In this document: in pieces, positions 5,814-14,011 of the stretch
Layout of the letters: each line of letters begins with the position of its first letter
Numbering within the stretch: position 1 is the stretch's first letter
Assembly: GCA_034408875.1 (NCBI GenBank)
Contig: JAWXCJ010000340.1
Location: 1 to 22,686, forward strand
DNA: 22,686 nucleotides
Source: Actinomycetota bacterium
GTDB taxonomy: Bacteria; Actinomycetota; Acidimicrobiia; IMCC26256; PALSA-610
Direction of reading: 5' to 3'
Notes under the pieces: generated by a model
What the model saw: the letters and a program-made list of their open reading frames with translations, nothing else
Database searches by the model: none
What the model was told of the DNA's origin: nothing
Program-made: the position numbers and the translations under genes

Positions 5814-7037
5814 CTAGACAGCGACGCGTGCGGGGGCGGGCGCCGAACGCGTCCGCACACTCGGCCGCGCGCTGACGCGCACCGAGATCGGGATCGCCAG
5901 GACCGCGAGCACGGCTGCGGCCACCAGCTGCGTGGTCTGCGGTGACAGCATCATCGTCGTAGGCCCGAGTGCGCCGGTAACCCACGCGATCTGGAGCACG
6001 GCCTCGCCGCGTGCGAACGCCCGGTTCCGTTCCTGCGGTTCAGACTCGCGTTGCACGATGCTGTCGTACGCGTGACGGCCGACACTCGACGCGAGGGCGA
6101 CGACAGGGAGTGCGAAGACGACTCCGACGATGCCACCGGCCGCGCCTCCCGCCACGACGAGCGCGCTCGCGGCCAGGCACGCGCCGAGCACCGTGCGTTC
6201 GTCGGTGTAGGCGCGCCGCACCCGCGGGCTCACGAAGGTGCCCGAGAAGCTGCCGAGCGGAACCGTGATGGCGACAACGCCGAACGCGAAACCCGACGCG
6301 TTGGCGCCCTGCAGCGTGAACGCGGCAGTGAACGCGAGGAGTCCCGTGGTCAGGCGTAGGGAACCCATGGCGAGTCGGGGCGCGAGCAGTGAGCGGGCCG
6401 GGCGTTCGGAAATAGCGTCGGCGTCGACCGCCTTTGTAGTGGGCGGGGGAACCGGAACGCGGCGCGAGAGAAGTGCCGCGGCGACGTGCAGCACCGCGGC
6501 GAGCTGGAGCACGAGGCCCGGGCCGGTGAGGTACATCAGCACGGTCCCGGTGAGTCCGCCGGCGGCCGCGGCGGTCGTGCCCGCGCGCGAGAGCTTTGCG
6601 TTCGCAGCCATGAGCTCGGCCGGGTCGGTCACGAGCGATGGCACGAGAGCGCGCTTGGTGATCGCGTAGCCGCGCCCGAAGACGAGCACGAGGAACGAAG
6701 CCGGGTGCAGCAGCAGTCCCAGAGGGTTCGCGGCAATCGCGAGTGCCAGTCCGGCGCGCGCCCAACTGGCTCCGGCGATGGCTCGCATCGGTGCCCGTGC
6801 CACGCGTTCGACCGCGGGCGCAAGAAACGGGGTGACGATCGCGAACGGGGCGAGTGTCAGGAGGAGGTACAGCGTCACCTGCGACCGGGCCGCGTCGGTC
6901 GGGAGATTGAAGAAGAGCGTCCCCGCGAGCGATACGGCGATGCACGCGTCTGCGGCCGTGCTCACCATGTGCAGGCGCGTCAAGCGGGCCAGCGGCTCCG
7001 AGCCTCGGAAGTACGCGGTGGGTGACATCGCGCCCAT
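5814..7037 (-). CDS. MFS-type transporter (12-TM major facilitator).
   Basis: About 407 aa of alternating hydrophobic helices (LLLTLAPFAIVTPFLAPAV..., GLALAIAANPLGLLL..., LGACLAASALVVAGGAAGGIVGVVFALPVVALA...) with short charged loops. The ORF-track N-terminal extension (MVIRLSRESS...) is Arg-rich and probably untranslated, so I chose ATG at 7037 (MGAMSPTAYF). It is convergent with P1. Confidence 0.7.
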   Translation of the reverse strand: MGAMSPTAYFRGSEPLARLTRLHMVSTAADACIAVSLAGTLFFNLPTDAARSQVTLYLLLTLAPFAIVTPFLAPAVERVARAPMRAIAGASWARAGLALAIAANPLGLLLHPASFLVLVFGRGYAITKRALVPSLVTDPAELMAANAKLSRAGTTAAAAGGLTGTVLMYLTGPGLVLQLAAVLHVAAALLSRRVPVPPPTTKAVDADAISERPARSLLAPRLAMGSLRLTTGLLAFTAAFTLQGANASGFAFGVVAITVPLGSFSGTFVSPRVRRAYTDERTVLGACLAASALVVAGGAAGGIVGVVFALPVVALASSVGRHAYDSIVQRESEPQERNRAFARGEAVLQIAWVTGALGPTTMMLSPQTTQLVAAAVLAVLAIPISVRVSARPSVRTRSAPAPARVAV

Positions 7038-7348
7038 TGATCGGCAACGAGAGCGTTTACCTGTGCTCGATTCTCGCGACAAACGGATGACCATCCGCCC
7101 GGGGCCTGGTCAGGAGGGGGATACCCCCGCGGGGAGGACAGGTGTCCCATCACCCTGGCGACCGGCCGCGACTTCACCAGCCGGGTTGGTTACTTGTGCC
7201 GACATCCACGACACGCGGCGTTGCGAAGAGAGTCCGGCATGGCCAAGGAATTGCAGAAGGGCTAGAACACCCCCCGAGGAAACGACCTTCGACGCGCGCG
7301 GCGCCGCGTTCCTCGAGACGATGCCGCGGCGCGAAAGCGACAATTCCG

Positions 7349-7377
7349 TTTACAACCCTGCTTTCTCGGCGTATCGT
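7349..7377 (+). promoter_or_regulatory. Candidate promoter for the flotillin operon: TTTACA - 17 nt - TATCGT.
   Basis: This is the best -35/-10-like pair in the 468-bp intergenic region. It would give a leader of roughly 120 nt containing several perfect small hairpins. Confidence 0.25.
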
Positions 7378-7505
7378 CTCATCGACGTCGGGACACGGCC
7401 GACCGCAAAGGTTGGTCGTTTCGGCAACGGACGTGGCCGGACGCCCGCTCACCAACGTGGTGAGCGCGCGAAGAGGCTGCCGGGTGGCAGCCACAGGAGG
7501 ACAGC

Positions 7506-9527
7506 GTGTCCATCGTCATCATCGGCGCAGCCGTTGTGTTCGCCGCGTTCGCGGCGCTCGCAGCGCTGCTGTCGATCAACACCATCGGCCCGACCGAAGT
7601 CGGGTTGGTTACCAAGCGCGTCTCGATGAAGAAGCTCGTCGACGACGACCCCATCGCGTTCCACGGCGAAGCCGGCTACCAGGCCGAGATGCTCATGCCG
7701 GGTCTGCGATTCAAGCTGTGGCCGGTCTTCGCGGTGCGCAAGTACCCGTGGGTGCAGGTGCCGGCGGGCGAGATCGGTGTCGTCATCGCGCAGATCGGCA
7801 AGCCGTTGCCGATCGGTGCGAAGAGCGCGGTCTACAAGCCCGAGTTCGCGAACTTTTCCGACCTTGACGCGTTCCGGCACGGCGAGGGTCAGAAGGGTGT
7901 GCAACGGCCGGTGCTTCCCCCGGGAACGCTGATGCCGATCCACCCCGTCGCGTTCATGGTCGTAATCGCGCACCAGGTGTACGGCGTGTCGGTGTCGTCC
8001 GATGTCGCCTCGCGCGCGCAAGCGACCGGCGGAGTGCTGCGACCCGAATCGTTCGGGCTCGCGGCCGAACAACTCCAAGTCATGGTGATCGCGCCGCGCG
8101 GTCCGCAGGACATGATCGGCATCGTCACCGTGCTCGAAGGCGAACCGCAGGAGTCGGGCGACATCGCGAGCCGGCTCGGTGGCTTTGCCGACGAAGCGCG
8201 CATGGAGCACGAGGAAGCCAACAACTCGGAACTGATCGAGAAGCTGCTCGGTTCCAAGAACGTCCTGCACAACAACTACCAGGACTTCCAGGGCTTCCTG
8301 GACGCCGGTGGTCGCATCGGCCTCCAGCATGACCCGCTGTTGTACGGCGCGTACTTGCTGAACCCGTTCCTCGTGCGCGTCGAAATGGTGCCGATGCTCG
8401 TCATCAACCAGGGTGAGGTCGCGGTCATCAAGGCGTACGTCGGTCAGCCGACGCTCGACACTTCCGGTACGGAGTTCAAGTTCGGTTCGATCGTGCGGCC
8501 CGGACACCGTGGTATCTGGCAGGAGCCGTTGCGCACGGGCAAGTACCCGATCAACCCGCGTGTGTACGCGGCGGAGATCGTGCCGACGTCGATCCTCACG
8601 CTCAACTGGGCGCACGCGGTGTCGCAGGCGCACAACCTCGACTCGCAGCTCTCGCCGATCGACGGTAAGAGCAGGGAAGGATTCGTGTTCCGCATCGATC
8701 TCCAGGTGCAGATCCACGTTCCCGACACGCGAGCACCGAAGGTCATCTCGATGGTCGGCACGATGCAGAACCTCGTGAACGAGGTGCTGCAGTCGGCGGT
8801 CGGCAACCACTTCCGGAACACGCTGCAGAGCTTGGAAGCGGTGCGGTTCATCGAGACCCGCCAGCAGGTGCAGCTCAGTGCCTTCGAGGCGATCACCGAG
8901 TACCTCGCGGCCTACGAGGTCGAGACACGCGGCGTCTACATCCAAGACGTCGAGTTCCCGGCCGAGCTGGTCGAGGTGCTGACCACGCGTGAAATCGCGA
9001 ACCAGGAAAAGGTCACCTACGCCGAGCAGGAACGGGCCGAGATCGCGCGTATCGAAATGGCGAAGGCGAAGGGTACGGCCGACATGCAGGCCGAACTGGC
9101 CAAGTCGCAGGTCTCGATCGACATCTCGAGCAACGAAGCGCAGGCGCGCGAAGCGCACGCCCGTGGTGAAGCTGCGTACGTCGAGCTGACCGGTAAGGCC
9201 GAAGCGTCGAAGACCGAAGCCATTGGTCTCGCCGAAGCCAAGGCGGTCGAGGCCCTTGGTCTCGCACGGGCCGAAGGCTTCGAGGCGCAGACGCGTGCGC
9301 TCGGTCAGGCGGCGACGGCACTCGTTGCGGTCGCGAACGCGGTGGCCGAGGGTCGCATCACGATCGTGCCCGAGGTGCTCGTCACCGGTGGCAACGGCGG
9401 CGGTGCGCTCGACGGGCTCGCGGCGACGCTCATGCGTTCCCTCAACAACGGCAACGGTCTCTCGCTCGAAGGCGCGAAGCCGAAGCCGGTCGAGGAAACG
9501 CCGGTCGCGGCGGAGGTCGCCAGCTAA
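7506..9527 (+). CDS. Flotillin-family SPFH/band-7 membrane scaffold protein (FloT/YqiK-like), GTG start.
   Basis: An N-terminal TM (IVIIGAAVVFAAFAALAALLSI) is followed by an SPFH domain and then an Ala/Glu-rich coiled coil (AEQERAEIARIEMAKAKGTADMQAELAKSQ...EAIGLAEAKAVEALGLARAEGFEAQTRALGQAA) typical of flotillins. AGGAGG lies 7 nt upstream of GTG 7506. Confidence 0.8.
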   Translation: MSIVIIGAAVVFAAFAALAALLSINTIGPTEVGLVTKRVSMKKLVDDDPIAFHGEAGYQAEMLMPGLRFKLWPVFAVRKYPWVQVPAGEIGVVIAQIGKPLPIGAKSAVYKPEFANFSDLDAFRHGEGQKGVQRPVLPPGTLMPIHPVAFMVVIAHQVYGVSVSSDVASRAQATGGVLRPESFGLAAEQLQVMVIAPRGPQDMIGIVTVLEGEPQESGDIASRLGGFADEARMEHEEANNSELIEKLLGSKNVLHNNYQDFQGFLDAGGRIGLQHDPLLYGAYLLNPFLVRVEMVPMLVINQGEVAVIKAYVGQPTLDTSGTEFKFGSIVRPGHRGIWQEPLRTGKYPINPRVYAAEIVPTSILTLNWAHAVSQAHNLDSQLSPIDGKSREGFVFRIDLQVQIHVPDTRAPKVISMVGTMQNLVNEVLQSAVGNHFRNTLQSLEAVRFIETRQQVQLSAFEAITEYLAAYEVETRGVYIQDVEFPAELVEVLTTREIANQEKVTYAEQERAEIARIEMAKAKGTADMQAELAKSQVSIDISSNEAQAREAHARGEAAYVELTGKAEASKTEAIGLAEAKAVEALGLARAEGFEAQTRALGQAATALVAVANAVAEGRITIVPEVLVTGGNGGGALDGLAATLMRSLNNGNGLSLEGAKPKPVEETPVAAEVAS

Positions 9528-9536
9528 CTTCCATCC

Positions 9537-10259
9537 ATGCAGGTCGTCGGATTGTGGCGGTACCCGGTCAAGTCACTCCAGGGCGAGCGGCTCGACACGG
9601 TCGACGTCACACCCGACGGGTTGGCGGGTGACCGCGAGTTCGGCATTGTCGAGCGCGCAACGGGGTTCGTGCTGACTGCTCGGCGCGAACCCCGGTTGCT
9701 GTTGGCGGCCGCGGCGCTCGTAGGCGACGGGGTGCAGATCACGTTGCCCGACGGCAGTGTCGCGACCGACGACAGTGCGCTCTCGGCGTGGTTGGGCCGC
9801 CCGGTGTCGCTGGCGAAGGCCGACAACACGGTTGCGGGCACGTACGAGACGCAGCTCGACTTCGAGCACGAGGACACCGCCGACTGGTTCTCGTGGGAGG
9901 GCCCGACCGGCCCGTTCCACGACTCCACGCGTACGCGGGTGTCGCTCGTGTCCGAAGCCACCATCGGGGCGTGGGATGCCCGCCGGTTCCGCGCCAACGT
10001 GTTGCTCTCGGGCGCGGGCGAAGACGACCTCGTGGGCACGGAGATCCAGGTCGGGAACGTGACGCTTGACGTGACGAAGCAGGTCGACCGCTGCGTCATG
10101 GTGACCCGCCCGCAACCGGCCATTCCCGGGAGTGGCGGCATCGAACGTGACCTCGGCGTGTTGCGCACGATCCACCGGGACCGCGCCGGCAACCTCGCCA
10201 TCGGCGCCCTCGTCACCCAACCCGGAACGATAAAGGTCGGCGACGCGCTCACGCCCTGA
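9537..10259 (+). CDS. MOSC-domain protein (MOSC N-terminal beta-barrel + MOSC).
   Basis: MQVVGLWRYPVKSLQGERLDTVDVTPDGLAGDREFGIV... and ...RANVLLSGAGEDDLVGTEIQVGNVTLDVTKQVDRCVMVT match the MOSC_N and MOSC signatures, including the conserved Cys in DRCVM. The start is 9 bp after the flotillin stop. Confidence 0.8.
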   Translation: MQVVGLWRYPVKSLQGERLDTVDVTPDGLAGDREFGIVERATGFVLTARREPRLLLAAAALVGDGVQITLPDGSVATDDSALSAWLGRPVSLAKADNTVAGTYETQLDFEHEDTADWFSWEGPTGPFHDSTRTRVSLVSEATIGAWDARRFRANVLLSGAGEDDLVGTEIQVGNVTLDVTKQVDRCVMVTRPQPAIPGSGGIERDLGVLRTIHRDRAGNLAIGALVTQPGTIKVGDALTP

Positions 10260-10275
10260 CTGGCACGATGGTCCC

Positions 10276-10652
10276 ATGTTCTCCTGGGACGGACAGTCGC
10301 ACAAGGTGAAGGCGGGTGACCGATCGCTCCCGACTGTCTGGGTGCGCGCCGAACGCAATGGATTCGAGGCACTCGTGCCCGTGACAAAGAAAGCGTTCGT
10401 CCACGTAGCGGCTCCGAGCCTCAGCGCGGACCGGGTCGCGGCCGCGCTGTGGAACGGCGAGCCGGGAGATGTACTCGCCGTCGCCGTTCTCATCGATGGC
10501 GACAAGCTCGATGCGCCGGCCGCGATACCCGTCTGCGAGCGCCCTTGTTGTTGCGCCGGCTCGACGTCATTCCGAAGTTGCGATGGAAGGCGTTCGACGA
10601 ACGGATCCCGACCTGGAACGGCCACTTCGAGGGCGTGCGCGCAACTTGGTAG
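10276..10652 (+). pseudogene. Small hypothetical ORF with an apparent -1 frame switch near 10545-10555. It may be a frameshifted gene or a sequencing error.
   Basis: Frame 1 is protein-like with high GC3 from ATG 10276 (MFSWDGQSHKVKAGDRSLPTVWVRAERNGFEALVPVTKK...LIDGDKLDAPAAIPVCERP). It then degrades to low GC3 (CCCAGSTSFRSCDG...). Over the same stretch frame 0 becomes protein-like with high GC3 (LLLRRLDVIPKLRWKAFDERIPTWNGHFEGVRATW*) and stops at 10652, just before the hairpin. Confidence 0.3.
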
Positions 10653-10663
10653 CGGCGCGGCGC

Positions 10664-10712
10664 TGTTCATTTACTCACTACCTACCTAAGAGGTAGTGAG
10701 TTAGTAAATGAA
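10664..10712. terminator. AT-rich palindromic hairpin between convergent genes, likely a bidirectional terminator.
   Basis: TTCATTTACTCACTACCT-acctaag-AGGTAGTGAG(ttag)TAAATGAA gives a 10-bp perfect stem, a 4-nt bulge and 8 more bp. Local GC is about 33% in a roughly 70% GC genome. It lies between the stop of the + ORF at 10652 and the stop of the - strand fadE at 10729. Confidence 0.5.
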
Positions 10713-10728
10713 CGATTCCGAGCTCGTA

Positions 10729-11934
10729 CTAGCGCCTGACTTCTTTCCAGGCGATGCCTTTGTCGACGCGGGGCTCGCCGGGGAGGCCGAGGACGCGTTC
10801 GCCGATGATGTTCTTCATGACTTCGTCGGAACCGCCCGCGATGTGGGCGGCGGGCGCGCCGAGAAGCGGTTGGTGCCAGTGGAAGTCGTCGCCGCCCGCG
10901 CCGCCCGCGACGCCGGCGGGGCCGACGATGGCGAGCGCGAGCTCACCCATCTCGGTGTAGATGCGCGCACCGAACAGCTTGCCGATCGAGCCTTCGGGTC
11001 CCGGCACCTTGCCCTGGGCCGCGGCCGTGAGCGTGCGCATGCCGAGGAACTTCGAGATGCGGCTCTTCGTGTAGAGGCGGGCGAGACCCTGTCGGAGGAT
11101 CGGATCGCCCGCGGCGCCGCGTCGTTGCGCGAGGTCGATCAGGTCGTGCACGCTGCCGCGCCCGCCACCTCCGCCACCCGAACCAATGGCCACCCGCTCG
11201 TTCATCAGCGTCGTGATCGCGACGGTCCAACCTTCGTTGACGTCGCCGATCACATGGTCGTGCGCCACGCGGACGTCGTCGAAGAACACCTCGTTGAACA
11301 TGGCGCCGCCGTTCATCTGCTTGAGCGGCTTGATCGTCACGCCGGGCGCCTTCATGTCGACGATGAACGCGGTGATGCCCTTGTGCTTCTCGGCGTCGGG
11401 GTTGGTGCGGCAGATGACTTCGCCGTAGTCGGCGATCTGCGCACCCGAGGTCCACACCTTCTGCCCGTTGAGGATCCACTCGTCGCCGTCGCGCACGGCT
11501 GTCATCGACAGTGACGCGACGTCGGACCCCGCGCCCGGTTCGCTGAACAGCTGGCACCAGATCTCTTCGCCGCGCAGCAGCTTGGTGAGGTAGCGCTCCT
11601 TCTGTGCGTCGGTGCCGCACGCGCGCAACGTCGGGGCGATCATGCCGAGACCGATGACGAACGCGTCGCCGGGCACGTGGTGCTTGCCTTCTTCCTGGCC
11701 GAAGATCACCTGCTGCATGCCGGTGCCGCCGCGGCCGCCGAACTCGGGTTCCCACGTGATCTTGGCGAAGCCCGCGTCGTACTTCTTCGCCTGCCACTTC
11801 TTCGCGCGCTTGATGTAGTCGGCGCTCGTGAACTCGCCCGAGCCCTCGCCCGCGACTTTCGGCGCGTTCTCCTCGAGCCAGGCGCGGTACTCCTCGCGCC
11901 AAGCGGCTTGTTCGGCAGTGTCGTTGAAGTCCAT
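10729..11934 (-). CDS. fadE: Acyl-CoA dehydrogenase (FadE family).
   Basis: 401 aa, MDFNDTAEQAAWREEYRAWLEENAP...CQLFSEPGAGSD...ILNGQKVWTSGA...GGSDEVMKNIIGERVLGLP. These match the ACAD N-terminal, middle beta-barrel and C-terminal helical domains and motifs. Confidence 0.85.
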   Translation of the reverse strand: MDFNDTAEQAAWREEYRAWLEENAPKVAGEGSGEFTSADYIKRAKKWQAKKYDAGFAKITWEPEFGGRGGTGMQQVIFGQEEGKHHVPGDAFVIGLGMIAPTLRACGTDAQKERYLTKLLRGEEIWCQLFSEPGAGSDVASLSMTAVRDGDEWILNGQKVWTSGAQIADYGEVICRTNPDAEKHKGITAFIVDMKAPGVTIKPLKQMNGGAMFNEVFFDDVRVAHDHVIGDVNEGWTVAITTLMNERVAIGSGGGGGGRGSVHDLIDLAQRRGAAGDPILRQGLARLYTKSRISKFLGMRTLTAAAQGKVPGPEGSIGKLFGARIYTEMGELALAIVGPAGVAGGAGGDDFHWHQPLLGAPAAHIAGGSDEVMKNIIGERVLGLPGEPRVDKGIAWKEVRR

Positions 11935-11965
11935 GGCGACGCTTTCGTCCTGGGCGTCGCGCCCA

Positions 11966-12277
11966 CTACTCCGAGGTCGAGGGCTCCTCGGGCGGTGCGG
12001 GCTCCGGCGCCGGATCAGCCGGTGGTGCCGGTTCGACCGGCGGAGGGGGAACGTAGCTGTCGAGCGCCGGGGTTGTCGTTTCCTGAGGTCGGTTCGCCTT
12101 CTTGCGCAGGGCGAGCGGCACCGCGATCCCGATGAGCAACCCGACGAGGGGGAGGATGAGCAGCAGGATGCTGTCGAGGGCGATGACGCCGAATATCAAC
12201 AGGTCGACACCGATCAGGAGGCCGAGGAAGAAGCCCGAGATGGCACCGAGGACGGGACGGCCGCGTTTGCGCATCAT
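11966..12277 (-). CDS. Small membrane protein (about 103 aa) with two TM helices and a Pro-rich C-terminal tail.
   Basis: MMRKRGRPVLGAISGFFLGLLIGVDLLIFGVIALDSILLLILPLVGLLIGIAVPLALRKK...PPPPVEPAPPADPAPEPAPPEEPSTSE. Its start ATG overlaps the TGA of the upstream gene (ATGATG/TGA), indicating translational coupling. The Arg-rich N-terminal extension in the ORF track is an artefact. Confidence 0.5.
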   Translation of the reverse strand: MMRKRGRPVLGAISGFFLGLLIGVDLLIFGVIALDSILLLILPLVGLLIGIAVPLALRKKANRPQETTTPALDSYVPPPPVEPAPPADPAPEPAPPEEPSTSE

Positions 12278-12813
12278 CCGCCTGCCCGAATCGCGACGAC
12301 GAGACCGACTGCGCTGAGTGCGGTGAGGACGAGCGCGGGAATGGCGGCCGGGCTGCCGATCCCGCTCTCGCCGATCGTGACGGTGATCGAGCCCTCGCAG
12401 CGGATGCCCTCTTCTTCGTGGTATCCGCTCACCGGGATGGGAATGCCTTCGAGGATGCTCGGCACGTCGTATTCGTACGTACCGTTCTTGGCGTACTCGT
12501 CGCTCGTGTCGCCCCAACTGCCGACGGTCACGGATCCGATCCCGCCGGGCAGGTCGACGACGACCTCGCCGCCGACCGCGCGTTCGGTGGGTGCGCTCGG
12601 CGAGTCGACCGCGCCCTGCCAAGCAACGTCGCCACTGGCGGGCAGACCCTCGGCCTCGTCCATGACCTTCGGGTCGTAGGTCTCACCGTCGACGACGCCG
12701 GACGCCGAGCACGGGTCGTCGAGCTTGGCGTCGGCCGGTGGAGCGCTCAGCAACATCACCGCCCCGGCGAACCCCGCGACGGCCAGAAGTCGCCATCCCA
12801 CGCGTCGGCGCAT
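12274..12813 (-). CDS. Secreted, C-terminally anchored protein (signal peptide + about 120-aa ectodomain + C-terminal TM).
   Basis: MRRRVGWRLLAVAGFAGAVMLLSAPPADA is a Sec-type signal peptide with an ADA-K cleavage site. The mature domain has two Cys. The C-terminal AAIPALVLTALSAVGLVVAI segment is a TM anchor. GAGGG lies upstream of the ATG. Confidence 0.55.
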   Translation of the reverse strand: MRRRVGWRLLAVAGFAGAVMLLSAPPADAKLDDPCSASGVVDGETYDPKVMDEAEGLPASGDVAWQGAVDSPSAPTERAVGGEVVVDLPGGIGSVTVGSWGDTSDEYAKNGTYEYDVPSILEGIPIPVSGYHEEEGIRCEGSITVTIGESGIGSPAAIPALVLTALSAVGLVVAIRAGG

Positions 12814-12892
12814 CCCCCGGCCCTCTCGTCGGCTCTCCGGAGGGTACGGGCGAAGGTGGCCCGGGTCAACGACCTGGGGTTACCGTCCCGTC

Positions 12893-14008
12893 ATGCCGAC
12901 CTTGAACGATGCTGCCCTGACCGACCTGCTCGCCCGGGCCCAGCGCGAAATCGACGAGGGGCACGTCCCTTCGTGTCAGATGGCGCTCGCCCTCGACGGG
13001 GAGGTGATCTTCGAGGCGACGCTCGGTGACGCGGCCCCGGATTCGCGCTACACGATCTTCTCGGCGACGAAGCCGGTCGTCGCCGGGGCGATGTGGATCC
13101 TGATCGGCGAGGGCGCGATCGACGTCGACCGCACCGTCGCCTCGTACATCCCCGAGTTCGCGGCGAACGGCAAGGACGCGATCACCGTCGAGCAGGTGAT
13201 GCTGCACACGTCGGGGTTCCCCCGCGCGCCGTTCGCCGCGCTCGACTGGGACGACCGGGAACGGCGCCTCGCCCGCTTCGACCGGTGGCGGACGAACTGG
13301 GAACCGGGGACGCGCTTCGAGTACCACCCGACGTCGGCCCACTGGGTGCTCGCCGAACTCATCGAACGGGCCTCGGGCATGGACTTCCGCGAGTTCATCA
13401 AGACGCGCATTCTCGACCCGCTCGGACTCACGAAACTGCGCGTCGGTGTTCCCGCCGCGGAGCAGGACGACATCAACGACCTGGTCAGCACCGGCGAGCA
13501 CGCGTCGGCCGAGGAGTTGATGGCGGCCATCGGTATCGCCGAACTGCCGCTCACCGAGGTGACACCCCAGGCGCTGATCGACATGAACGCGCCCGCCGTG
13601 CGCGCCGTCGGTGTGCCCGGCGGTGGTGGAGTGTCGACCGCCGGCGACCTCACCCGCTACTACCAGGCCCTGCTCCACGACCGGGCCGGGCTGTGGAAGC
13701 CGGAGGTCCTGGCCGACGCCAAGACGGCGGTGCGCAACACCTTCCCCGACTACATGGGGACGCCGGCCAACCGCACCCGGGGGCTGGTCGTCGCCGGATC
13801 TGACAATAAGTCCCATATGCGGGGGATGGGTCACACCGTTTCCGCCGGCGCGTTCGGGCACAACGGCGCCGCCGGTCAGATCGCGTGGGCCGACCCCGAA
13901 ACCGGCGTCTCGTTCGCGTATCTCACCGACGGCAACGACCTCCACGAGCTGCGCCAATGGCGGCGTACCTCCGCGTTGGCGAGTCGCGCGGGGAATTGTG
14001 TGACCTGA
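12893..14008 (+). CDS. Serine hydrolase of the beta-lactamase / class-C esterase family. No signal peptide.
   Basis: It contains the S-x-x-K active-site motif (FSATKPV), Y-x-x motifs and the C-terminal H-x-G (GHNGAAGQIAW) typical of PBP-fold class-C beta-lactamase/EstB esterases. The ORF-track N-terminal extension (from 12725) is Arg/Pro-rich and overlaps the divergent upstream gene, so I use ATG 12893 (MPTLNDAALTDLL). Confidence 0.7.
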   Translation: MPTLNDAALTDLLARAQREIDEGHVPSCQMALALDGEVIFEATLGDAAPDSRYTIFSATKPVVAGAMWILIGEGAIDVDRTVASYIPEFAANGKDAITVEQVMLHTSGFPRAPFAALDWDDRERRLARFDRWRTNWEPGTRFEYHPTSAHWVLAELIERASGMDFREFIKTRILDPLGLTKLRVGVPAAEQDDINDLVSTGEHASAEELMAAIGIAELPLTEVTPQALIDMNAPAVRAVGVPGGGGVSTAGDLTRYYQALLHDRAGLWKPEVLADAKTAVRNTFPDYMGTPANRTRGLVVAGSDNKSHMRGMGHTVSAGAFGHNGAAGQIAWADPETGVSFAYLTDGNDLHELRQWRRTSALASRAGNCVT

Positions 14009-14011
14009 CAG

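Noticed and set aside
6011-7047. ORFs 6040-7047 (-, 335 aa), 6011-6268, 6051-6359, 6238-6669 and 6486-7025 (+) inside the MFS gene.
   Set aside because: They are alternate frames of the MFS transporter gene. Their products are Arg-rich nonsense, whereas the MFS frame gives a coherent 12-TM protein.
7133-7170. GGGGGATACCCCC palindrome (about 7122-7134) upstream of the MFS gene as a regulatory site.
   Set aside because: It is a short G/C-run hairpin with a 3-nt loop in GC-rich DNA, which is easily generated by chance. It has no second copy and no adjacent promoter-like elements.
7142-9158. ORF 7142-7867 (+, 241 aa) and 7449-9158 (-, 569 aa), plus smaller frames over the flotillin gene.
   Set aside because: They overlap the intergenic leader and the flotillin CDS in wrong frames or antisense. 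The flotillin frame has an unambiguous SPFH + EA-coiled-coil signature.
9524-10670. ORFs 9524-10387 and 9573-10670 (-) over the MOSC gene.
   Set aside because: They are antisense to the MOSC-domain gene and have a low-complexity Ser/Arg/Pro composition.
10943-11966. ORFs 10943-11902 (-, 319 aa, Arg-rich), 10708-11514 (+), 11677-12135 (+) and 11706-11966 (-) over fadE.
   Set aside because: They are alternate frames or antisense of the acyl-CoA dehydrogenase. The FadE frame has canonical ACAD motifs.
11966-12622. Full 218-aa version of ORF 11966-12622 (-).
   Set aside because: The N-terminal 115 aa are pure Arg/His/Asp low-complexity read in a different frame over the upstream secreted-protein gene. 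Only the part from the ATGATG at 12272-12277 is plausible and was retained.
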